Notes: generated from the sequence alone by a model not told the origin. A stretch of 32,000 bases of DNA from Thermoproteus tenax Kra 1 (GCF_000253055.1 NC_016070.1:60001-92000), one strand, 5' to 3'. Counted from the stretch's first letter, positions 1-7,126 are shown. A program made the numbers and translations.

Positions 1-67
1 CTCCCGGTTATGAGCCATACGCGGGACTTCGTCCCTGGGCGCTCCAACCAGGCTGAGCTACCCCCGC
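1..67 (-). tRNA. tRNA with CAT anticodon (elongator Met or Ile2), 5' portion only. It is interrupted by a ~20-nt non-canonical intron, and the 3' part lies beyond the window start.
   Basis: The reverse complement of 1-67 reads GCGGGGG TA GCTC AGCCTGGTTG GAGC G CCC[AGGGACGAAGTCCCGCGTAT]GG CTCATAA CCGGG AG. The acceptor strand, D arm and CAT anticodon loop are clear. The anticodon stem CCCGG/CCGGG forms only if the bracketed 20 nt are removed. Confidence 0.75.
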
Positions 68-86
68 AAGAAGAAATAGCGCGCGA

Positions 87-98
87 TTTTTTAAATTT
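87..98 (-). promoter_or_regulatory. TATA-like box for the tRNA(CAT) gene
   Basis: The minus strand reads AAATTTAAAAAA and ends about 20 nt upstream of tRNA position +1 (67). It is flanked by the 8-bp inverted repeat CGCGCGAT/ATCGCGCG (80-87 / 107-114). Confidence 0.5.
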
Positions 99-134
99 TG
101 CCGGCGATCGCGCGAAAGAGATAAAGCGGGCCAG

Positions 135-207
135 TGGGCCCGCCGGGATTCGAACCCGGGATCTCCCGCGCGTGAGGCGGGCATCCTAGCCGCTAGACTA
201 CGGGCCC
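135..207 (-). tRNA. tRNA-Val (anticodon CAC)
   Basis: The reverse complement reads GGGCCCG TA GTCT AGCGGCTAGGAT G CCCGC CTCACGC GCGGG AGATC CCGGG TTCGAAT CCCGG CGGGCCC A. This gives a complete cloverleaf with a 7-bp acceptor stem and a canonical T loop. CCA is not encoded. Confidence 0.93.
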
Positions 208-227
208 TTGACGCCATCTCCACACTC

Positions 228-238
228 TATTTTTAAGT
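228..238 (-). promoter_or_regulatory. TATA-like box for tRNA-Val
   Basis: The minus strand reads CTTAAAAATAG and ends about 21 nt upstream of tRNA +1 (207). This implies a very short or absent 5' leader. Confidence 0.5.
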
Positions 239-243
239 ATTTT

Positions 244-480
244 TGCCCGTTTATCCCTAGGCGCTCATTATTGACAACCTTTGACTCGCGCCCAGGGACT
301 TCCTCCTCGTCCGCGCCTTCACGGGCACCCGAGGTGCCTCCGGCGCGGCGCCATCGGGCATGGGGGGCAACGGCACTGCCCCCTCTCCTCCAGTCGGGGC
401 AGAGCCCCTCATGGAACTGCCCCTCACCGCCGTACACGTATTTAAGCCCTCCGCCCGCGCCGAAGACGCAGGGTTTTCCT
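244..480 (-). ncRNA. Candidate structured non-coding RNA of unassigned family, containing a K-turn and an RNase P CR-I-like motif
   Basis: No credible ORF is present. The minus strand folds into a chain of perfect or near-perfect helices: 472-467/459-454, 423-417/402-396, 383-377/369-363, 360-355/249-244, 350-308 and 299-253. Several G.U pairs would be C.A mismatches on the plus strand. The locus is GC-rich relative to flanking spacers. Confidence 0.5.
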
Positions 481-592
481 CAACGATAAGAAGTATGAAA
501 CAGCCTCAGTGGCGCTCTTTGGCCCAGAGCGACGGCTCTATAGTCGTTTAAGCCGCAAGAGAGGCGGTGCACTCTTCCGTTTCTCAACTCCT

Positions 593-619
593 TAGCGCCG
601 TATCTCACTAACGGCGCTA
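593..619. other. Perfect 9-bp inverted repeat or hairpin (TAGCGCCGT-N9-ACGGCGCTA)
   Basis: It is read directly from the sequence. It lies in the long non-coding stretch between the structured locus and the radical-SAM gene. Confidence 0.6.
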
Positions 620-703
620 TAGAGCTGTTCCTCCATATACGGCATAGGTCGGGGCGCCTTTTCTAACTCGCTGTCGATAAGGCACTACATCGGAGAAATT
701 TGC

Positions 704-1876
704 GTGTCCCGGCACGGCGAGCTCGACGAGAGGGATCAGCAGATAAATATAGTAGTCGACAAAGACATGGATCCCCGCAAGCTCGCCGCAGAGTTCGACA
801 GAAGGCCTCTGCTGGTGTTCTGGGAGTCCACTAAGGCGTGCCCGCTGGCGTGTAAACATTGTAGAGCCGACGCGATATTGAGGCCGTTGCCGGGGGAGTT
901 GGCCACTTGGGAGGCTAAGGCGCTGTTTGAGCAGATTACTGAGTTCGGCAAGCCGTATCCAGAGGTCATAATCACGGGAGGCGACCCTCTAATGAGGATG
1001 GACCTCTTCGAGCTCCTAGATTACGCAAAGGAGCTGGGGCTGCCGGTCTCGCTCGCCCCAGCTGTCTCTAAGAACTTGTTGGACGCCGTACCCGAGCTCA
1101 GAGGGAGAATAAAGAGCGCCTCGGTGAGCCTCGATGGGCTTAAGGCGACGCACGAGGAGATCAGGGGGGTCCCCGGGATATTCGACCAGACTCTGGAGGC
1201 GATTAAGGCGCTTCTCGGCGAGGGGATAAAGGTCCAAGTAAATACATTGGTATGGCGCAAGTCTCTACAGGAGCTTCCCGACGTCCTGAAGCTCATATAT
1301 GATCTAGGCGTGAGAGTGTGGGAGGTCTTCTTCCTGATAGAGACGGGGCGCGCCGTTAAGTCCCTCGACATAACGCCGCAGGAGTACGAGGACGTTGTCC
1401 AGTTCTTGGTCGACGTCTCAAGATACGGCGTCCAAGTAAGGACCGTTGAGGCGCCCTTTTACAGGAGGGCCAAGAGGTTGAGAGCCCAGGGGATGGCGTA
1501 CAGCTCGCCCCTATACGATAGGTTAGTCTCTAGGCTAAGGGAATTGATGGGAGATCCGCAGAGGCCCTTGGACCCAGCCGTAGTGCCCACCAGGGATGGC
1601 CACGGCATTATCTTCGTCGCATACGATGGGACTGTGTTTCCCAGCGGCTTCCTCCCCTATCCCCTAGGGAACGTGAGGAGGGAGTCCCTCGTCAAGATAT
1701 ACAGAGAGCACCCGCTTTTGTTGAAGATGAGACGGGGGGAGTTCGGCGGAAGATGCGGCGTCTGTGAGTTCAGAGACATCTGCGGCGGGTCTAGGGCGAG
1801 GGCGTTCGCCGCATTTAAGGATCCCTTGGCCGAGGATCCAGCTTGTATATATATACCAAACAAAAAATCTAATTAA
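704..1876 (+). CDS. Radical SAM enzyme with a C-terminal auxiliary-cluster (SPASM / NirJ-AhbD-like) domain
   Basis: It carries CPLACKHC (the CxxxCxxC motif), a GGDPL motif, and a C-terminal CGVCEFRDICGGSRARAF plus ACIY. The ORF track start is GTG-704. ATG-767 (MDPRKLAAEFDRRPLLVFWE) is a plausible alternative start. Confidence 0.85.
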   Translation: MSRHGELDERDQQINIVVDKDMDPRKLAAEFDRRPLLVFWESTKACPLACKHCRADAILRPLPGELATWEAKALFEQITEFGKPYPEVIITGGDPLMRMDLFELLDYAKELGLPVSLAPAVSKNLLDAVPELRGRIKSASVSLDGLKATHEEIRGVPGIFDQTLEAIKALLGEGIKVQVNTLVWRKSLQELPDVLKLIYDLGVRVWEVFFLIETGRAVKSLDITPQEYEDVVQFLVDVSRYGVQVRTVEAPFYRRAKRLRAQGMAYSSPLYDRLVSRLRELMGDPQRPLDPAVVPTRDGHGIIFVAYDGTVFPSGFLPYPLGNVRRESLVKIYREHPLLLKMRRGEFGGRCGVCEFRDICGGSRARAFAAFKDPLAEDPACIYIPNKKSN

Positions 1877-1996
1877 AAGAAAAATTGAAAAATGTAAAAT
1901 AATAAATTAATTATTGATAATAAATATTTTATTAAAGAAAGAGTAATATCTATATAGGTATATTGAGTAGTTATAAATAATTGCGATATTAGATAC

Positions 1997-2788
1997 ATGG
2001 CTTCGATCCAATTGGCTGCTACAACAACGACCACAGGCCCTGTGTGGAACGGCGTTTACTTTAACACCAATACAATAATACCGTGGCTCGTCGTGCTCTT
2101 GTTCTCCCTCTTGTACTTCGGCCTTTTAGCCTGGGCATGGATGCCGCGAGCTAACAAGCCCTTCGGGAAATTTAGAACTATCGATTTTGTCTATGTTGCC
2201 CTTACGGCGGCTCTGTTAATAGTATATAATTTCTTCATAAGCCCGCTGATCCCAAAGGTGGGCGCTGTGACTACCTACTTCTACTATCCCCTTATAGGCG
2301 AGATATTTCTCCTACAGTTGGTGGCGGCCCTCTCCGGCAAGCCGGGCGTCGTTGGGCTTACTATGTTTATATACACGCTTCTCTCCGACATAGTCCACTA
2401 CGGCTTCGGGGGCGAGCCCTTCTGGTTTATATACGAAGTCACCGCATATGGCGCTTTGATAGACCTCTGGCTAATAATACGCGGCGAGGCCGCGTTCACT
2501 CCGTACCTAAGGGCTGCGCGTGTGGCGACAGATGGCGGACAGCCCGCCGAAGAGGTCTCGCCTGGAGGCAATATGATGTGGGTGTTTATAGATGGCGCGA
2601 TAGCCGGCGGCTGGATAAGCCTAGCTTATCCTTTCTGGTGGAGAGGATTCTGGGGAACCTTCGTCATAGGCTATAAGACCACTGTGCAGTTCTGGGCCAT
2701 CACCAGCGCGACGCAGCTAGTCGCCGGCCTGGTGGTCGGGGCCATCCTGGGGCCGCTAATATACTATATAAAGAGAGTGGCCGCCTAA
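1997..2788 (+). CDS. Polytopic membrane protein, probably the substrate-capture (S) component of the adjacent ECF transporter
   Basis: The ORF is 263 aa with 6-7 hydrophobic helices. Its stop lies 6 nt before the ECF ATPase gene on the same strand, and TTATAAATAA sits about 20 nt upstream of the ATG. I recognise no CbiM or BioY signature. Confidence 0.55.
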   Translation: MASIQLAATTTTTGPVWNGVYFNTNTIIPWLVVLLFSLLYFGLLAWAWMPRANKPFGKFRTIDFVYVALTAALLIVYNFFISPLIPKVGAVTTYFYYPLIGEIFLLQLVAALSGKPGVVGLTMFIYTLLSDIVHYGFGGEPFWFIYEVTAYGALIDLWLIIRGEAAFTPYLRAARVATDGGQPAEEVSPGGNMMWVFIDGAIAGGWISLAYPFWWRGFWGTFVIGYKTTVQFWAITSATQLVAGLVVGAILGPLIYYIKRVAA

Positions 2789-2794
2789 CTCTTA

Positions 2795-4447
2795 ATGAAA
2801 GTAATAGAAATCGAGAATCTTTTTGTCAAATATTTGGATCCTCCCAGACTTGCCCTTAAAGGGATCAGCCTGTCTGTTGAGGAGGGGGATTTCATCCTCC
2901 TGGTGGGGAGAACCGGCTCGGGCAAATCAACGTTGATTAACTCAATAAATGGAGTTATCCCGAACGTCATAAAGGCTGAGGCCAGGGGGAGAATATCGGT
3001 GTTTGGCAAAGATCCCAGGGAGTCTCCAGTTTACAAAACGGCGTTGGACGTCGGCACGGTATATCAAGTCCCCGAGAGCCAGATCTTCGCGCTAGTGGTA
3101 GAGGACGATGTGGCATTCGGCCTAGAGAATAGGGGCATGCCGCCCGAGGAGATGAGGGGGAGGGTCAGAGAGGCGTTAGAGCTGGTGGGCCTGTGGAGGA
3201 AGAGAGACCATCCGACGTTCTTGCTCAGCGGCGGCGAGAAACAGCGGCTGGTCATAGCCTCCATTCTGGCGCTGAAACCCAAGGTCTTGATACTTGACGA
3301 GCCCACCTCTATGTTGGACGCAATAGGCACCGAGGAGGTCTTCCAGCTCCTGCGCAAGTTGAACGAGGAGGGCATGACAATAATCGTTGCCGAGCATAAA
3401 GTTGAGTATTTGTTGCCCTTTGTGGACAGAGTTGTGGCGTTGGAGAACGGCGTGATAGCCCTGGATGAGGAGCCCCACAGAGCTGTAGCTAAGGGCTTGG
3501 CCAAGTTCGGTGTTGAGGAGCCGCAAGTGGCCGCTCTGCATCGTGCGGCCAAGCCTGACGACGCGCTCTGTCCCATAACTGTAGAGGAATTCTTCGAAGT
3601 GGACAAAGACGTTAAAATCGAGGTGATATCAGAGCGAGAGGCGCCATCGGGCGAGGCTATAGTCAAGGCCAACGGCGTTGTCTTCAAGTATCCGGGCAAC
3701 GAGGAGCCTACGCTCAGAGGCGTCGATCTGGAGATACCTGAGGGCGCCGTCGTAAGCGTGGTAGGCCCGAACGGCTCCGGTAAGAGCACTCTGATGTATT
3801 TGCTCGTCGGCCTGTACAGGCCGACCGCAGGCTCGGTGGAGATAGCCGGGAGGGCCCCGGCCGATCTGTCCGGCGCTGAGAGAGTGAGGTTGGTGGGCTA
3901 CGCCTTTCAAGACCCCGACCAGATGCTTATGAACGTGACAGTTAGGGCGGAGATAGAGATGTCCCTGAGGTTGGCGGGATACAGAGGGAGGGCGCTCAAA
4001 AGCGTGGCGGAACAAGTGGCCAAAGAGTTGGGCATAGGCGATCTGCTCGAGAGAAGCCCCCACAAGCTCTCCGTGGGGCAGAGGCGGTTAGTCAGCCTGG
4101 CCGCCGTCCTGGCGCCGTCGCCGAGAGTGCTCATACTCGACGAGCCAACGCGGGGGCTTGATAGAGAGACTGCGGAGGTCACTATGAAGTACCTAATGTC
4201 GATAAGGAGGGAGCGCCGAATGACCATAATCATGGTCAGTCACGACATGAGACAAGTCGGTGATTACAGCGAGCTTGTCTACGTCATGTACGGCGGAAGG
4301 ATAGCCTACAAGGGATCTCCCGAGGACGTCTTCGCCGAGGCTGAGAAACATAGAGAGTGGGGCTTAAGCGCGCCGCAAGTGTACTGGGTCACGAGGCGCC
4401 ACGGGAAGAGATCGGCGAGTTTAAAGTTTGTAAGAGCCTATGTCTGA
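2795..4447 (+). CDS. ecfA: ECF transporter ATPase with two fused ABC cassettes (EcfA-EcfA' / CbiO-type)
   Basis: Walker A motifs are GRTGSGKST and GPNGSGKST, signature motifs are LSGGEKQR and LSVGQRR, and the Walker B motif ILDEPT occurs twice. Confidence 0.88.
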   Translation: MKVIEIENLFVKYLDPPRLALKGISLSVEEGDFILLVGRTGSGKSTLINSINGVIPNVIKAEARGRISVFGKDPRESPVYKTALDVGTVYQVPESQIFALVVEDDVAFGLENRGMPPEEMRGRVREALELVGLWRKRDHPTFLLSGGEKQRLVIASILALKPKVLILDEPTSMLDAIGTEEVFQLLRKLNEEGMTIIVAEHKVEYLLPFVDRVVALENGVIALDEEPHRAVAKGLAKFGVEEPQVAALHRAAKPDDALCPITVEEFFEVDKDVKIEVISEREAPSGEAIVKANGVVFKYPGNEEPTLRGVDLEIPEGAVVSVVGPNGSGKSTLMYLLVGLYRPTAGSVEIAGRAPADLSGAERVRLVGYAFQDPDQMLMNVTVRAEIEMSLRLAGYRGRALKSVAEQVAKELGIGDLLERSPHKLSVGQRRLVSLAAVLAPSPRVLILDEPTRGLDRETAEVTMKYLMSIRRERRMTIIMVSHDMRQVGDYSELVYVMYGGRIAYKGSPEDVFAEAEKHREWGLSAPQVYWVTRRHGKRSASLKFVRAYV

Positions 4448-5477
4448 ACTCGGCTTGATACTCTACAACCCACTGGTCAACTGGGCCATCGCACTGGTCT
4501 ATATGTTCTGGGGACCCGCCGCCGTTATATATTTGATATTCAAACTGATAGGCTTCAGAGGCTATATGTCGCTGTTCAGATATGTGCGCGGCGAAAGTTT
4601 CCTCTACAAACTGGACCCCCGGGTAAAGATACTTTTCTCTATTGTTGTGACAACGGTGGCTGCGATGACTGTGTGGTGGATCTCCGCCATATTGTTCGCC
4701 GTTATCATGGCCCTCTACGCCTTTACTACAGATGTTAAAGAGAAAATGAAAATAGTCGTCCCCTTGGTGTTGGCCTCATTTATTGGAACTGCGTGGGCGC
4801 AGTCGATGATAGTGCCCTATAGCTATCTGCAGTACGATTTCGGCGAAGTCCACTTTATCTACGCGTTTCCTCAAGCCTTCTCGGCCTTGGGAATAACCCA
4901 GGCTAACGGTACAGCCTATGTGCCCTTCTTGGGCTACGTCCAGAGCCCAGTGGGACTGACTTGGGAGGGCTTCCTCTACGGCCTACAAATAACTTTCAGA
5001 GCGGTGGCCGCCATAGCCTCCGGCCTTCTCCTGATCTTCACTACCCAACCCTCTGACATTCTCAGATCCTTAGAGAAGTCGGGGTTACCCGTGGAGTTCG
5101 GCTTCACGCTACTTTTGGCTGTCTCATCCGTGCCCAAGGTGCTTGAGGCCTCAATGACCACGTTGAACGCGCTTAGGGCTAGAGGCGTCGACTTCAGACC
5201 TAGGGGGGCCAACCCGTTGATATCTCTGATCAACAGTTTGCGCTACATCGTCTTGTCACTAGTCACTATCGTAATATTGACGGTCAGAGACGCTGTACAG
5301 ATAGCGATAGCGGCAGAGATACGAGGTTTTAGGGCCTCAAGGAGGCGTACCTACTACCGCGAGATTAAGATGAGTAGAATAGACTATGTGGCGCTTGTAT
5401 TGTTGATAGCTCTGTTGATCTTCGGAGTATATCTCTCGGGCATTCCAGGGTTCGGAGCAGTGCCATATAATCCCTAA
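4440..5477 (+). CDS. ecfT: ECF transporter transmembrane (T) component (EcfT/CbiQ family)
   Basis: It overlaps the ATPase stop by 8 nt and is polytopic. It has two Ala-Arg-Gly coupling motifs (ALRARGVDF and AAEIRGFRA). At 345 aa it is longer than usual. Confidence 0.8.
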   Translation: MSELGLILYNPLVNWAIALVYMFWGPAAVIYLIFKLIGFRGYMSLFRYVRGESFLYKLDPRVKILFSIVVTTVAAMTVWWISAILFAVIMALYAFTTDVKEKMKIVVPLVLASFIGTAWAQSMIVPYSYLQYDFGEVHFIYAFPQAFSALGITQANGTAYVPFLGYVQSPVGLTWEGFLYGLQITFRAVAAIASGLLLIFTTQPSDILRSLEKSGLPVEFGFTLLLAVSSVPKVLEASMTTLNALRARGVDFRPRGANPLISLINSLRYIVLSLVTIVILTVRDAVQIAIAAEIRGFRASRRRTYYREIKMSRIDYVALVLLIALLIFGVYLSGIPGFGAVPYNP

Positions 5478-6913
5478 TGCCTGAGCCCTACTGCCTCCTC
5501 TGAGAGACGTAGATACTTGTGTTCGCCGCTGACGACCTCTAGACTGACCGCCTTGGGCTCCACTAAGAAGAACGAAGTTAACGGCACGCCGGCGAGGCTC
5601 ACCAACGCCAACAGCTGGAACAGATGTGAGACGCCCCAGCTGTGTATAAGCGTCGGGAACACGAAGGTGGATATCGCTGCGCCCAACTTTCCGGCGGCCG
5701 CCGATATGCCGTGGCCAGTCGTCCGGTAACGCGTCGGATAAAGCTCTGCCGGCAACACGAAGGTAGTCGTGTTAGGGCCGAAGTTTATGAAGAAGAAGCT
5801 GAGCGAATATAGGGCCATGGCGATGCTCGCCGGAGCGAGCAAGACTGTGTTTCCACCGACTTGCGTCACAATGAAGGAGACCACGAAGTATATGAGGGCC
5901 ATGGCGATAAAGCCCATGTTCTGTATAGGCTTTCTTCCCAATTTATCGAGGGCCCAGGCCGCCGCAAAGTAGCCAGGGAATCCAACTAAGAAGGGTAGGC
6001 CTTGGTAAATAATGGTGTGCAGTACATCTGTAGGGCTCCCTAGGATGGAGGTGACCACAGCCCCCGAGAACACGCCGGTGCCGTACAACGCTATGTCCAT
6101 CAGAAACCAGGGCACTGTGGTGCCGATGAGGAACTTCCAGTAATTGGCTATGAACTTGTCGAAACCCAGCTGCTCTGCGCGGACGGGGGCTGTGATATCG
6201 GCGCCGAGCAACCTCGCCGCCCTCCGCGCCTCCTCCACATCGCCCTTGACGAGCAGAGAGTATCGCGGCGTCTCGGGTATCTTCCTCCTCAAATAAATGA
6301 CTGACATTGCCGGCAGAGCTCCGACGCCTAACATCACTCTCCACGCAATGTCGGGGGGCAGAAGGGCTACCGACGCAAGTGCAACTCCTATTGAGGCAAG
6401 GATTCCGAAGCCTTGGTTGGCGAAGACCAGCGCGACAAGCTTCCCCCTGTCTTTGACGTTAGAGTATTCGGACATTATCGTCGCCGATATGGGGTAATCG
6501 CCGCCTATGCCGAAGCCGAGGAGCGTTCTGAAAGCTATAAGCCACAACAAATTGGGGGCGAGCGCACTGAGGATGGCGCCCACGGTCAATATAGCGGCCT
6601 CAACGCCGTAGAGGTACTTCCTTCCGAGGCGGTCCCCCAGTACGCCGAACAATATCTGCCCCGCTATGGTAGCCCAGAGCGCCGCCGAGGCTAAGAGCCC
6701 CGTCCAGAGGTTCGCTTGAGGGCCGTGGAGCTCCTCAAAGCCCGGCACAACATAATTGGTCAAGACCGTCAGTACAGCGCCTATTATGAAGAGGTCGTAG
6801 GCGTCCGTGAAAAAGCCGGCGCCGGAAAGATACCAGATCTTTATATGGGCCCATGTGAGCTTAAGCTTATCTAAACTCTCAAAGGGAGCAAGGGGACGTC
6901 TTTCTTCCCTCAT
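5474..6913 (-). CDS. MFS transporter of the phosphate:H+ symporter (Pho84/PHT1-like) family
   Basis: The hydrophobicity pattern suggests about 12 TM helices. It has the GDRLGRK MFS loop motif and an N-terminal GFFTDAYDLFIIG motif that is characteristic of PHS-family transporters. Confidence 0.75.
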   Translation of the reverse strand: MREERRPLAPFESLDKLKLTWAHIKIWYLSGAGFFTDAYDLFIIGAVLTVLTNYVVPGFEELHGPQANLWTGLLASAALWATIAGQILFGVLGDRLGRKYLYGVEAAILTVGAILSALAPNLLWLIAFRTLLGFGIGGDYPISATIMSEYSNVKDRGKLVALVFANQGFGILASIGVALASVALLPPDIAWRVMLGVGALPAMSVIYLRRKIPETPRYSLLVKGDVEEARRAARLLGADITAPVRAEQLGFDKFIANYWKFLIGTTVPWFLMDIALYGTGVFSGAVVTSILGSPTDVLHTIIYQGLPFLVGFPGYFAAAWALDKLGRKPIQNMGFIAMALIYFVVSFIVTQVGGNTVLLAPASIAMALYSLSFFFINFGPNTTTFVLPAELYPTRYRTTGHGISAAAGKLGAAISTFVFPTLIHSWGVSHLFQLLALVSLAGVPLTSFFLVEPKAVSLEVVSGEHKYLRLSEEAVGLRH

Positions 6914-7126
6914 GTGATGGGGGAGGGGGGCGAGCCAAAAAACAATATGCTAAATTATACTTAAGCACAATCATAATACCAAGATTTCGTGAAAATATTA
7001 TAAAAACTAAAAAGATATTACTCTATAAAATTAAAAAATAATTTTAATAATAATTAAAATAAAATAAATTATTTTATATAGGATAAAGGAGGGAATATAT
7101 TTATAGGAAATTGACGTAGATGGCTT

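Noticed and set aside
8-551. Track ORFs 8-223(-), 198-437(-), 208-489(+) and 360-551(+) as protein genes.
   Set aside because: They overlap the two tRNA genes or each other. Their translations are Pro/Arg/Ser/Gly-rich, as expected from GC-rich non-coding or structured-RNA sequence, and none has a plausible promoter-to-start geometry.
1877-1996. AT-rich 120-nt spacer after the radical-SAM gene as the site of a precursor-peptide ORF.
   Set aside because: It contains only trivial ORFs (such as ATG-TAA). It does contain a TTATAAATAA TATA box about 20 nt before the next gene.
3064-4233. Long antisense ORFs inside the ECF ATPase gene. Similar cases are 9109-9954, 15738-16436, 17610-18287 and 31319-31987.
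   Set aside because: They lie opposite genes with strong motif support and show Arg/Ser/Pro/Gly-rich antisense-type composition, which is typical of shadow ORFs in GC-rich coding DNA.
6930-7110. Extremely AT-rich 180-nt tract with many short palindromes as a replication origin.
   Set aside because: There are no ORB-like GC-containing repeats flanking it and no orc1/cdc6 gene nearby. It lies between two divergent genes and is adequately explained as a double promoter region. Short AT palindromes are expected by chance at this composition.
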